Assembly: GCA_963818475.1 (NCBI GenBank)
Contig: CAWFSF010000006.1
Location: 1,376,001-1,440,000 of the forward strand
Direction: 5' to 3'
DNA length: 64,000 nucleotides
DNA from: Nitrospirota bacterium
Lineage (GTDB): Bacteria; Nitrospirota; UBA9217
In this document: one piece after another, positions 51,326 through 63,664 of the stretch
How positions within the stretch are numbered: position 1 is the stretch's first letter
Layout of the letters: each line of letters opens with the position of its first letter
Made by a program: the position numbers and the translations under genes
Notes under the pieces: model-generated
Told to the model about the DNA's origin: nothing
The model's input: only the letters and a program-made list of their open reading frames with translations
Databases searched by the model: none

Positions 51326-51801
51326 TCATTGATAGCGGCTCCGCGTGGCCCTTGTTGCATAATCCGTTAACTTCATTACTATTGTTCTTTCGCCTGAGCG
51401 TTTAAAGGTCAGCACGATACGAAGCTCCGTCCCCGCCTGCATGGTCCGCGGCAATCTTAAAGATCATGATATGCTTGCCGGCCGGCCTCAGCACAAGAGT
51501 GCTGTTCGCGGGGACGTCCATGCCGGTGACGGTCGTCATTTTCCCGTCTTTCTTCGTCATGCAGTTCCGTTATCGCTCCGGGCATATCCGTACGGGCAGA
51601 CAGAAGCCGATCGTCGCCGTTTCCCGTGTTGACGATCTTCATGAACACCGATGCAACGCCCAGTATGACAGGCGACAGTTTTGCCTCGGGCTCTTCGACC
51701 ACGATCTGAGGCTCTCCGGGAGAGCACGCGGCTCCTCCCAGAAGGAAAGCGACCAGAACTGCCAAGATGGTGCAGATGAGAGGATTCGCCTTCAGGGGCA
51801 T
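51326..51801 (-). CDS. Copper chaperone PCu(A)C (frameshift near 51555)
   Basis: Lipoprotein signal; ASVFMKI.N.G..DDRLL; ELHD..DGKM...L.PAGKHIMI (H-M-H-M ligand pattern). Confidence 0.8.
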
Positions 51802-51825
51802 AGCCAGATCCTTCCCTTGTACGCG

Positions 51826-52524
51826 TTATTTTGCAGCGGTTCCCTTTGCAGGAGGCGCAGCAGCGCCCTGAACCTCAGGCGCAAAGGTGGTACCGCCGAG
51901 CTTTTCAGCGATCACTTTATTCTTTTTCTGCGCCTCAGCTGTGTTCCCAGCACGTTCGTACAATTTAGCCAGTTCCACCGTGGCAATCCCCGGCCCGAGA
52001 ACCGCCTCCGCCTTTTCGAATGACGCTATGGCTTCACTCTGTTTGCCGAGCGCACTATACACGTACCCCATACGCTGATAGGCCAGTCCGACCAGATCCT
52101 TATCAACGAATTTACTTTTTGGCAAGGGTTTCGTATTCCCGAAGGGCCTCATTCGGGCTGGTTGAGCTTTACGAGACAATTGCCGATGTAGAATTGCGCG
52201 ATTGCGCCGCTCATCGTGCGGGGATACTTTTTTTGCACATCGCGGTACCGTTCGAGCGCCTTTGCATAATCAGGCGCAGCACCGCGCCTGCTCCTGATAC
52301 AGTCCCTGTGCGGCGGCAAGCAGTGCGGAGGCTTTTTTGTCGTTGCTGGACTGAAAAAGCGTATAGCCTGCGGCAATGACGACCACTGCCGCCAGGACAA
52401 CGACGGCTATCGTAAGGTTCTTCTGGTACAGCGAAACGAGATCAAGGGCCTTGTTCGCGATGGTCATGAGCTGCGGCTCCGCATGCTTTGACGCGGCAGA
52501 GCCTTTCTTCTTTATCATATGCAT
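51826..52524 (-). CDS. Membrane-anchored TPR protein, YfgM-like (frameshifts near 52285 and 52145)
   Basis: Three ORF pieces: an N-terminal TM followed by TPR helices (YAKALERY..V.KKYP, AIASFEKA). Confidence 0.7.
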
Positions 52525-52602
52525 CCGTACAACCTCCTCAGATGGAATTCACCGGCATTTTCTTATCCGATGCGGAATAATCACGATCGTTACGAGCGCT
52601 TG

Positions 52603-53259
52603 TTAAACCTGTCCAGTGCCAGCGACCGACAGCTCCTTCGAGTTCCTGAACGCGACTGCGATCTGGTCCGCGGTCAGACCGGCCCCCCTGAGCACGGTCT
52701 CCGCGAACTCGCTGGTGATCAGGTCGCCCGGTTCATGGGTATCCGTGTCGATCACGAGTTTCGCACCCGCTTCAACGGCCATCTTCGCCACATATCCATT
52801 GGAAAGGCTGTGGCCCTTGCGCGATGATATCTCGAGATGAACGCCTTTCCGCGCAGCAAGTTCAGCCTCCTCCCTGGTGATCAGGCCGGGATGGGCGAGA
52901 ATATCCACCCCGGCTTCGATGGCAGCACGGTTCGTGCCCGGATGGACCGGCTCCACCAGCGTTTCTCCATGGGCGACCACGATCGCGGCGCCCAGGGAGC
53001 GCGCCTTCTGCGTCAGTTCGGCAAAGGTTTCCGGCGGGATGTGCGTCAGTTCGATGCCCGGCAGCGCGATGATCTTCCATCGGCGGTTCAGTTCCTTGCA
53101 CGCTGCGGCCACCCGCGGGATCGTAAAGTCAAGGTTCGAGGAATCGGCGTGGTCGGTGATGGCGATCACTTCGTAACCCTTCATGACCGCCCGGCGCACG
53201 AGCTCCGACGGCACCAGCACGCCGTCGCTGAACAGAGAATGAGTATGAAGATCGATCAT
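52603..53259 (-). CDS. PHP-domain phosphoesterase (histidinol-phosphatase-like)
   Basis: DLHTHS..SDG; ITDH; ELTH; HGET; LAHPG; DTDTH. Confidence 0.88.
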   Translation of the reverse strand: MIDLHTHSLFSDGVLVPSELVRRAVMKGYEVIAITDHADSSNLDFTIPRVAAACKELNRRWKIIALPGIELTHIPPETFAELTQKARSLGAAIVVAHGETLVEPVHPGTNRAAIEAGVDILAHPGLITREEAELAARKGVHLEISSRKGHSLSNGYVAKMAVEAGAKLVIDTDTHEPGDLITSEFAETVLRGAGLTADQIAVAFRNSKELSVAGTGQV

Positions 53260-53360
53260 GGCAGCTCCTTAAGTAGTTGCATCGCAGAACGCGCGGAGCG
53301 TTCGGCGTTTAAAGCATCCCCTCCTGATCATGGATCCCGTTTTCAGGGAAGGCAGACACT

Positions 53361-54308
53361 TCACCGCAGACGCCGCTTGCCCTGGAACGCCTCTTGCCGC
53401 GCCATATACGCGTCAAGGTCGTTCAGCAGTTCACTGCGGGTCTTGTTCCAGACCGGAGCAATGAGGATCTCATCGGGAGCAGCGGCAAAAAGCCGCTGCA
53501 GCACGATCTCCGGGGACAACCGCTCCAGAAAGTCGGACAGCATTTCGATGTATTCATGATAGCCGAAGGTCGGAAAAGGCCGTTCTGCATAGAGATCGGC
53601 AAGCGCCGTTTCCCTGACCACCTGGAGTTGATGGATCTTGAGGAATTCGATGGGAAGCTGTGAAAGTTCATCGGCCATACCGAGCATCTCTTCCCGCGTT
53701 TCGGTCGGGAAGCCGAGGATAAGGTGCGCCCCGATGTGAATGCCCCTGCCGGCGGTCAGTTCCAGTGCATGTTTGAAACAGGCGTAGTCATGCCCCCGAT
53801 TGATGAATGCCAGCGACTTGTCGTAGATCGACTGAAGTCCGTATTCGACCAGGATAAAATGATCACGGCCCAGCCGTTCCAAAAGCGCGATCTTTTCCTC
53901 GTCAACACAGTCCGGGCGGGTCCCGATGGCAAGCCCCACGACACCCGGGTTATCGAGTGCCTGGCGATAGAGCCGTTCGAGGATATCAACGGAAGCATAG
54001 GTGTTCGTGTAGGGTTGGAAATAAACGATGAACTGTTCTGCCCCATAGCGGGAGCGGAGGTAGGGTATGCCGTTCGCGATCTGTTCCTTGAGCGATGCAG
54101 TGCTCGTGCAGGCCGACGGCCTGAAGCTGTCGTTATTGCAGTAAATACAGCCGCCCGTGGCAACGCTGCCGTCCCGGTTGGGGCAGGTAAATCCCGCGTC
54201 CACGTTCACCTTGTAGACCGGCCGGTGGTACAACTCCTTCATATACTGCCCGAAGGCGTTGTAACGCCTGGTCGTTGTCTTTTTATCGGATAGAGCTGCT
54301 GCCTTCAT
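53361..54308 (-). CDS. TIGR01212 (YhcC) family radical SAM protein
   Basis: GFTCPNRDG..GGCIYC; YFQPYTNTY; GTRPDC; EYGLQS; KIHQL. Confidence 0.9.
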   Translation of the reverse strand: MKAAALSDKKTTTRRYNAFGQYMKELYHRPVYKVNVDAGFTCPNRDGSVATGGCIYCNNDSFRPSACTSTASLKEQIANGIPYLRSRYGAEQFIVYFQPYTNTYASVDILERLYRQALDNPGVVGLAIGTRPDCVDEEKIALLERLGRDHFILVEYGLQSIYDKSLAFINRGHDYACFKHALELTAGRGIHIGAHLILGFPTETREEMLGMADELSQLPIEFLKIHQLQVVRETALADLYAERPFPTFGYHEYIEMLSDFLERLSPEIVLQRLFAAAPDEILIAPVWNKTRSELLNDLDAYMARQEAFQGKRRLR

Positions 54309-54445
54309 GGCTATGACCTGTTGCCGAGGATCCCTGGAGTATGGACAATAATTGGATTTGTTAATATACCAGAGGCAATGGAGAAAAATCCAGAAAGGAA
54401 TTTATCCGGGGCCCCGCTCAGGCGGCCCCGGACGGGTGATCGCAT

Positions 54446-54779
54446 TTACAGGTCAGCGTACTTCCGGGTGGATTCCACGACGATCAGGAGCGCCCCGAGC
54501 AACAGGACGACCAGAAAGATCTGCTGGGTCCGGCCCGCGTTCGTGCTGGTCAGTTGGGTGACGGCACCAATGGCCAGCGTCGCTGCAAGGACGAGCTCAG
54601 CGATCACCAGCTTTTTGGGCTGTACCGCCGGGAGCTCAAAGGTCTGGACCGCCAGAAGGACCAGTCCGATACAAAAAGAACGCCATGTCCCCCTTTATTG
54701 CCGTAGCGCCGACAAGAACGAGCAGGACCCCGAGATTGATGAGAATGTTCTTTAACATATCGCTTTTCTTTTCCGTCAT
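54446..54779 (-). CDS. Small multi-TM membrane protein (apparent frameshift near 54680-54700)
   Basis: MTEKKSDMLKNILINLGVLLVLV... then ...IGLVLLAVQ...LVVLLLGALLIVVESTRKYADL*. Followed by a GC hairpin at ~54404-54432. Confidence 0.5.
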
Positions 54780-54881
54780 GGTTCCCCCTTTACCCTTTCA
54801 TATGATCAAGCTGGTGAAAAACTGGATCATTATATCGACGCCTCGTACAATCGTCAATCCTTTTTTATTCCCCCATGCATA

Positions 54882-55283
54882 TTAACGATCCACGACAATC
54901 CGGCCCACAGCATCAAAGAACCCCGATGCATCGGCCAGCAGTGCCTCCACCTCGTGCCGGGAGATCATGTTGAGCTGGGGAACCGAACATTTTGGTTTAA
55001 GCTCGAATAATCTACGAAGGGCATGGAAAAAGCGCTGATCGATCTCTCCGGTATTGACGAACTCCTTTTCGAACAACGCGACCGATACACTCTGCATAGC
55101 TGCAGGAATTCCCCTGGTATGGAGAAGCGCAAGCGCAGGATAATACATCGCATAATACAGGCTGTTCACGACATATTTCAGCTCCGCATTGTCAGCCAGC
55201 AGGCCCCGCGCATCTTCGAGCGCTTCATTGGCCTGCGCCAGCTTGAGCCGGGCATATTCCCTGTGCGCCTTGTTTACTTCCAT
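54882..55283 (-). CDS. HEPN domain protein
   Basis: A.EALEDA..LL...LYYAMYY.ALALL...F.KEFV.TG, the pattern of HEPN/MNT-type HEPN proteins. Confidence 0.7.
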   Translation of the reverse strand: MEVNKAHREYARLKLAQANEALEDARGLLADNAELKYVVNSLYYAMYYPALALLHTRGIPAAMQSVSVALFEKEFVNTGEIDQRFFHALRRLFELKPKCSVPQLNMISRHEVEALLADASGFFDAVGRIVVDR

Positions 55284-55313
55284 CTGCGCCTGCTCCCGAT
55301 CGCCGCTTATAGC

Positions 55314-55769
55314 CTATCTCGTCCAGACCGCTGTTCTGCCGATCAGCGAGATGCCGATGAAGCCCCGCAGGTTCAGCTGCGCGGGCGAAACGAGCGTCAG
55401 CTTGCCTCTGTAGGTCCTGCCGTTCTTCGGATCGTAGACACGGCCGCCGGACCATGTATTTTCACCGGCATAAGAAAAATCGCGCACGATCTGAAGGCCG
55501 ACGACCGGCGAGCTCCGGAGGTTCCTGTCAGGGTTATTATGGTCGACCTTCGGCGTTCCCGGAACACCCTCGTTCGACCCCTCAGGATAGTTCGGCGCCT
55601 TGAGCCAGACGATCTTGCCGCAGTAGTTATCGCCGCATTTTTGGATCTCGATCTTGGCGTCCTTCTCCTGATTGTTCCAGACGCCAAGGATATCGTCTGC
55701 GCCAGCAGCATACGCAGCGGCCGCGATCATTTGCAACAGCATGATTACCAGCAGAATGGTTTTTTTCAC
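55314..55769 (-). CDS. DUF2147 domain secreted protein
   Basis: GVW..; CGKIVW; D.NNPD..LR; G.VYDPKNG.TY; LRGFIG..L.GRT..W.R. Confidence 0.9.
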   Translation of the reverse strand: MKKTILLVIMLLQMIAAAAYAAGADDILGVWNNQEKDAKIEIQKCGDNYCGKIVWLKAPNYPEGSNEGVPGTPKVDHNNPDRNLRSSPVVGLQIVRDFSYAGENTWSGGRVYDPKNGRTYRGKLTLVSPAQLNLRGFIGISLIGRTAVWTR

Positions 55770-55776
55770 AAGCCCC

Positions 55777-56617
55777 TCACTGTATCAGCGATCTCACGAC
55801 CTTCATATTCTTCGGGTCGTCCTCTTCCGTTTTTTTCGGTGTCTCCATGATTTTAGGCACATTCTTAAAAGCCGGATGGTTGAGCAGCAGTTTGAAACCG
55901 TCAAGGCCGATTTTGCCTTCGCCTATATGCCAGTGCCGGTCTACATGCGAGTTCAACTCCTTCAGGCAGTCATTGAGATGCATCCCCTTTAACTGCGCCA
56001 GGCCGACCGTGGAAGCTATCTTGTCGGCAAGACTGTTCACGCCCTCTTTTGTGCGGATATCGTAGCCTGCGGCAAAACCGTGGCAGGTGTCGTAGCAAAG
56101 CCCGATATGATCCGTATTGGAAAGCCGCGATATGACCTCCTGCACCTGCTCCAGCGTGTAGCCCACATCGCCCTTTTCCCCTGCCGTATTCTCCAGCAGA
56201 ATGGTCGCTTTCGGCTTATGGAGCTTCATTGCCATGTTCAGCGCACTCGCCACGCGCTCGATCATCCAATCCTCGCTCTGACCGCTTGCAGATCCCAGAT
56301 GCGTGACCAGATATTCAGCGCCCAGGGTCTCGGTCCGTTCAAGGTCGATGACGAACTGCTCGATCGACTTCTCATACAGATCCGGCTTTGACGAAGCGAG
56401 GTTGATGAGGTAGTTCGTATGCACGAACACCGGCGCGATGTCCAGGTTTTCGCGCAGCTTTTTGAATTCGGCCACGTCGGCTTTATCGAGCGGCTTGACG
56501 GTCCAGCCGCGCGGGATTCCTGCTGAAGATCTGCATGCAGGTGCAGCCCAGCTCGGAAGCGCGTTCGACCGAACTGGCAAAACCGCCGCTGATGGAGACA
56601 TGAAAGCCTATTCGCAT
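55777..56617 (-). CDS. nfo: Endonuclease IV (indels in the 5' part)
   Basis: MRIGFHVSISGG; HTNYLINLAS; HLGS; LENTAG; CYDTCH; HLND; DRHWHIG; METP. Confidence 0.9.
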
Positions 56618-56645
56618 ATGCTCATCCCGCCGATTAAATACCAGT

Positions 56646-58745
<2,100 letters not shown>

Positions 58746-58787
58746 TTACGTGCTGCTGTTATAACACAAAAGGGAAGGCGGTATTTT

Positions 58788-59978
58788 CTATCTTCCCCCG
58801 GCTTCGATGAGCGACTCATTTACCACGGCCATCGCATCCTGGTTGCGTTGAGTTATTGTTCGCTTATAATAAAATTTTCCTTCTTTTTGCGCCGTTTCGT
58901 TCTGCTTAACTTCTTTCATCAAAACCAATTTTCCGCCCGCGACGCGGTAAAAACTCTCCACATAGAGCTGACCCGCATCTCCGTAATCGTTGAAGACACG
59001 AATTTCCTGGACATCCGGCCCACTGACCGAATCAGGCAGCATCGCTCCGGCGAATGGAATGAACATGGATTTTTTCCTGTTGTAAATATAATAAAGGTAG
59101 CCTGCCCGGGTCCCATCGTCGCGCATGCACAACAGTTTAAGGTCCTTGTTCCAGTGCGCATTAAAATCTGCAGCAATCAGCAATCCTACTCCGCCAGGTG
59201 ATGGTCCGCATTCAAAATCTCCGTATTTGAATGTCTGATGAATCTTGTTTTCGCCTTCCCGTACTATATCTATGCGCGAAAGGTTTTGTTCTCTGTTGAA
59301 CGTTATATAAAAAGAGTAGTTTTGCTGTTCATCATCCATTGAGTAGCTGTAAACATATTTCCTTTGAAATGCGGCCGTCGTTTCCACATTCGATACAAGG
59401 CCATTTTTATAACGAGCCAATCCCTCCATGCGATTCCTGATCATATTGGCATGTTTATACCCCGGATTCAGCTTCAACGACAGATCATAGTTCCCGATAG
59501 CGCAGTCCGGCAGGCCCTCATCGTAACAGAGGTCCCCCAGGATCAAATAGGTGTCCCATCTGTCAGGGTTGATATCGACCACCCGATTCAAACAGGCCTC
59601 GGCCAAGAGATAATATTTGCTGCCCATCTTGAAATAAGCCTGCCCGAGGTTGAGCAGCACGTCAACATGCGCAGGACAGGCCAAGCCGGCAGTGAGCGCA
59701 AGACCATCGGCTTTTTTCCACAACGCAACGGCCTCCTGTCGCTTCGTCTTGACAAACATCTGAAGCGCCTCATTATTTAAACGTTCGATTTCCCGGACCG
59801 TTTGTTCGCCGGATGGAGGCGGGTCTTTGGCCACAGCGACGAGAGGGAACACAAAGGGAGTAAGACTGATAAACAAAGCGGTGAGCAGGAAGCAGTTCCC
59901 CCTGAATGACCGGCATGTTACTTTAGCATGAGAAACGGTGCGAAACGTGTATGCCACGACAGTGAACCTCCCTACCAT
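58788..59978 (-). CDS. Exported TPR-containing protein
   Basis: Hydrophobic N-terminus; TPR-like helices (LNLGQAYF..., LGDLCY..AI.NY..SL.LNP); beta-rich C-domain. Start uncertain. Confidence 0.65.
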   Translation of the reverse strand: MVGRFTVVAYTFRTVSHAKVTCRSFRGNCFLLTALFISLTPFVFPLVAVAKDPPPSGEQTVREIERLNNEALQMFVKTKRQEAVALWKKADGLALTAGLACPAHVDVLLNLGQAYFKMGSKYYLLAEACLNRVVDINPDRWDTYLILGDLCYDEGLPDCAIGNYDLSLKLNPGYKHANMIRNRMEGLARYKNGLVSNVETTAAFQRKYVYSYSMDDEQQNYSFYITFNREQNLSRIDIVREGENKIHQTFKYGDFECGPSPGGVGLLIAADFNAHWNKDLKLLCMRDDGTRAGYLYYIYNRKKSMFIPFAGAMLPDSVSGPDVQEIRVFNDYGDAGQLYVESFYRVAGGKLVLMKEVKQNETAQKEGKFYYKRTITQRNQDAMAVVNESLIEAGGR

Positions 59979-59999
59979 GCACTCTTTTGATCCCGGCTT

Positions 60000-61385
60000 C
60001 TATTCAACGATCTTTTCCTCAAGCTGATAATCCTTTATCTTCGTAAGAAGCGTCTTATAGCTTACCTGAAGAATCTCGGCGGCGCGGGTCTTGTTCCCGC
60101 CCGTCTGCTTGAGCACCTGCCTGATGCGGCGGGATTCAACAATGCGCGTTGCAGCCTGGGCGATCTCGTGAAGCGGGCCTTCCAGTGGCACATGTTCTGC
60201 AAAGGCCTCCAGGATGCTCGACTCACTGATGCCGAGGTCTTGGGCACGGATCACGCCGCCTTCGGCATAGATGACGGCCCGTTCGATCACGTTCTCCAGT
60301 TCACGCACGTTCCCTCTCCAGGGCGCCTTCATCAGGATATCCATGGCCTCGTCGGAGATGGTCAGCGGGCCTTTGCGCACTTCGGCGGAATACTTGTTCA
60401 GGAAACTCGCCGCCAGCGCAGGAATATCGTCTCGCCGTTCGCGAAGCGGCGGGATCGTGAGGGGGAAGACGTTCAAGCGGTAAAACAGGTCTTCACGGAA
60501 GAGCCGGGCATCGACGGCCTTTTGCAGGTTCTTGTTCGTGGCGGCAACGATCCGCACATCGATCTTGATCTGCTTGCCGCTGCCGCCGATCCGCTCGATG
60601 ACCTGTTCCTGAAGCACCCGCAGCAGCTTTGCCTGAAGCGCCAGGTCCATGTCCCCGATCTCGTCGAGGAAAACGGTGCCGTTATCCGCCAGTTCGAGTT
60701 TGCCGAGCTTTCTCGCGTCAGCGCCGGTGAAGGCGCCGCGCTCATACCCGAACAGTTCGCTTTCGAGCAATTCATGGGGGATGGCGGCTGAGTTGATAGC
60801 CAGGAAGGGCCGATCCTTCCGCAGGCTCAGGTAGTGAATGGCCCGGGCGAAAAGCTCTTTTCCCGTACCGCTCTCGCCCTGAATCAGGACCGTGGCATTC
60901 GTGGACGCCACTTTCTGGATTTTTTCGCTGATCTCCTGCAGCTGACTGCTTTTGCCTATGATCTTCGGAAAGCCGAGCTTGTCGGAGAGTTCTGACCGGA
61001 GCAGGATGTTCTCCGTTGCCACGCGGGTCGTATCGAGCGCACGTTTGATAAGCACCAGCAAATGGTCGATGTCAAAGGGCTTGGTCAGGAAATCGTACGC
61101 GCCCTGCTTCACGGCCCTGACCGCAGTCTCGATCGTGCCGAAAGCGGTCATGACGATGACCGGCAGAAGCGGGCTGTCTTCCTTTACGGCCTTGAGCACC
61201 TCGAACCCGTCTTTTTTAGGCAATTTCAGGTCCGTCAGCACCAGCATGATGCTCTCGTCGGCGAGTTTTTTTATGCCCTCGGCGCCGTCTCTGGCAGGGA
61301 CAACCCGGTAGCCTTCGGCCTCGAGGGTCTGCGTAAGCATGGCGAGCATGCTTTCCTTGTCTTCTATGACGAGAATCGTGTCCAT
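60000..61385 (-). CDS. Sigma-54-dependent response regulator (PilR/AtoC-like)
   Basis: REC; GESGTGKE; GAFTGA; WRGNVREL; HTH. Confidence 0.92.
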   Translation of the reverse strand: MDTILVIEDKESMLAMLTQTLEAEGYRVVPARDGAEGIKKLADESIMLVLTDLKLPKKDGFEVLKAVKEDSPLLPVIVMTAFGTIETAVRAVKQGAYDFLTKPFDIDHLLVLIKRALDTTRVATENILLRSELSDKLGFPKIIGKSSQLQEISEKIQKVASTNATVLIQGESGTGKELFARAIHYLSLRKDRPFLAINSAAIPHELLESELFGYERGAFTGADARKLGKLELADNGTVFLDEIGDMDLALQAKLLRVLQEQVIERIGGSGKQIKIDVRIVAATNKNLQKAVDARLFREDLFYRLNVFPLTIPPLRERRDDIPALAASFLNKYSAEVRKGPLTISDEAMDILMKAPWRGNVRELENVIERAVIYAEGGVIRAQDLGISESSILEAFAEHVPLEGPLHEIAQAATRIVESRRIRQVLKQTGGNKTRAAEILQVSYKTLLTKIKDYQLEEKIVE

Positions 61386-61426
61386 ACCGTAATAACTACC
61401 TGACCCGGACAAACCGGAATAAATTT

Positions 61427-61528
61427 GCCACGAAGACACGAAGGCACCAAGAGAGGCATCCGTGTCTTTGAGGTCTGATTAACGCGATACGTTTCAAGAC
61501 GTTCTTTGTGTCTTAGTGCCTTCGTGGC
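61427..61528. repeat. Intergenic palindrome of 9-mer units (CACGAAGAC/GTCTTxGTG)
   Basis: GCCACGAAGACACGAAGGCACCAAG ... CTTTGTGTCTTAGTGCCTTCGTGGC. Confidence 0.7.
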
Positions 61529-61571
61529 GATAATTTCCTGCCCTTTTGTGTCGCATTTGATGCGTAACTTA

Positions 61572-62840
61572 CTAATTCCCTGTCATCGGCAGAACCACCG
61601 TAAAGGTCGTCCCCTGCCCTTCGGTGCTCTGCACGTCGATCCTTCCGCCGTGGGACAGGACTATCTTGTGCACCAGGGCCAGGCCGAGACCGACACCCGT
61701 GTCCTTGGTCGTGAAGAACGGGAGAAATATCTTCTTGACTTTCTCCCGGGGAATGCCGGTCCCGGTATCGGTTATCGTGAGGGAAAGCTCCCTGCCGGCG
61801 CCCATGCCCTGGATCGTCAGCGTTCCGCCTTCCGGCATGGCTTCGACGGCATTCTGGACCAGGTTCGTCAGTGCCTGGCGCATCAGTACTTCGTCGAGGG
61901 AAACCTCGAGATCGGGCAGGTCCAGCACCGTTCTGGTCCGGTCATCATTTCCTTTGGCTTGAAGAACGTTCGCGACACAGCCTTCGATCAGTTCCCTGAT
62001 GTTGATCCGCACCCGGTTCAGCGAGGCAGGCCGGGCAAAGGTCAGCAGGTCGTCAATAATGCGGTTCATGCCGTTGATCTCGGCGACCACGTCCCTGATG
62101 ATCTTCTGTTCGGGAGCGGCTGACTTTTTTGAGACCAGTGCAAGATAGCCGGCAATGACGGCCATGGGATTCCGCAGCTCATGTGCTATGCCGGCCGACA
62201 TCTCGCCCAGGGCGGTGAGCCGTTCGCGGAGTTCCACCTGTTCCTGCAGCCGCTTCACCTCGGTGAGATCCGAAAATGACAGAATAACGCCGAGCGAAGA
62301 ACCATGCCGGTCGGTTAAGAGCGCGGTGTTGTACCCAAGCCACATGCGGCCCTCAGGACGCTCCAGCGTTGCTTCCATTCTCAACAGGGTCGTGGCCCGC
62401 CCGAGGGTCTCCCCTACCGAACGGCAGATGTCGCCGGCGCCGAAAATGTCGCTGCAGGGCCGGTTAACCGCCTGTTCATGGCTTATGCCGAGCATCTCTT
62501 TCGCTGCGTGATTCAGGGTGATGACCCGGTTATTCCGGTCGAAGGTCATGACGCCGCTCGTTACACACTGGAGGATGTTCTCATTGTAGCTCTCGACGTT
62601 CTCGGCTCGTTGTTCGGCGCTGGCACGAAGCCGTTCAAGTTCCTGCTTCTTTTCCTTGAGCTCCTTGGTCACGCCGTGGAAGGCATCGATGATAAATCCG
62701 ACGTCTTCTTTTTTCCGCCGTTCTTGTTTTTTGAGGCCAAGGTCCTGCCGGAAACGGCGGGACAAGATCCAGGCTATCGCCAGGCCGACTGCAACGATGA
62801 CCAGTCCGAGCAGCTGTATGGAAAGTGAATAGGACATCAT
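61572..62840 (-). CDS. PAS-domain sensor histidine kinase (PilS-like)
   Basis: TM; PAS; AHELRNP; NLVQNA; DTGTGI; FFTTK; GLGL. Confidence 0.9.
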   Translation of the reverse strand: MMSYSLSIQLLGLVIVAVGLAIAWILSRRFRQDLGLKKQERRKKEDVGFIIDAFHGVTKELKEKKQELERLRASAEQRAENVESYNENILQCVTSGVMTFDRNNRVITLNHAAKEMLGISHEQAVNRPCSDIFGAGDICRSVGETLGRATTLLRMEATLERPEGRMWLGYNTALLTDRHGSSLGVILSFSDLTEVKRLQEQVELRERLTALGEMSAGIAHELRNPMAVIAGYLALVSKKSAAPEQKIIRDVVAEINGMNRIIDDLLTFARPASLNRVRINIRELIEGCVANVLQAKGNDDRTRTVLDLPDLEVSLDEVLMRQALTNLVQNAVEAMPEGGTLTIQGMGAGRELSLTITDTGTGIPREKVKKIFLPFFTTKDTGVGLGLALVHKIVLSHGGRIDVQSTEGQGTTFTVVLPMTGN

Positions 62841-63664
62841 ATGCGGAGCAGGCCCAGGTACCAGGAAATGATATCGGAGCCGTAAAGCATCGTTGCCACC
62901 CCCCCCGCGGCCAGGAACGGTCCGAAGGGTATAACGTGGTCAGCCTCGTGCTTTCGCAGCAGGATGAGCGTCACACCCACGACAGATCCCGCGATCGCGC
63001 CGAGCATGATAATAAGGAGCGCGCTTTTCCAGCCGAGAAAACTTCCGAACATGCCCATGAGCTTCACATCGCCGCCGCCCATCGCTTCAACGTGGCGCAG
63101 CTTTTCCCAGATCCAGCCGAGGATAAGGAGCGGCGCGGCTCCACACACCAGTCCGATGAACGAGTTGATGACGCTCTCGACATACGGCCAGTCCTGGGGC
63201 ATCAAACGGTCCAGAGAGAACGGGAGCGGCCCGGCCAGTGCCGGCATGAAGAACGGCGCGACGACCAGGCCGAGAACCATGCCCGGAAGCGTGATCGCAT
63301 CGGGGATGATCTGGTGGTCGAGATCGATGAACGTGATGACGATCAATGACGAGCAGAGCGCCATGATCAGGATCGCTTCGCCGTTCAGACCGAGCTCCCG
63401 GTAGACCCACCCGTAGGCCAGGGTGTTCAGCAGTTCGACCAGCGGATAGCGCCAGGAGATGGGCAGACCGCAGGTCCTGCATTTTCCCCGAAGCAGGAGA
63501 TAACTGATAACCGGTATGTTGTCGTAGAATTTGATCGGTTTCCTGCAGCGGGGGCACTGGGACGGCGGCGTCGCGATGGACTCACCGTGAGGAAGCCGCA
63601 CGATGCAGACATTGAGGAAACTGCCGATAAGAAGACCAACCAGGAGGACCAGGCCAATGATCAT
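62837..63664 (-). CDS. pilD: Prepilin peptidase/N-methyltransferase
   Basis: GSFLNVCI; CPRC/CRTC; IDLD; MGGGDVKL; PFGPFL. Confidence 0.93.
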   Translation of the reverse strand: MIIGLVLLVGLLIGSFLNVCIVRLPHGESIATPPSQCPRCRKPIKFYDNIPVISYLLLRGKCRTCGLPISWRYPLVELLNTLAYGWVYRELGLNGEAILIMALCSSLIVITFIDLDHQIIPDAITLPGMVLGLVVAPFFMPALAGPLPFSLDRLMPQDWPYVESVINSFIGLVCGAAPLLILGWIWEKLRHVEAMGGGDVKLMGMFGSFLGWKSALLIIMLGAIAGSVVGVTLILLRKHEADHVIPFGPFLAAGGVATMLYGSDIISWYLGLLRI

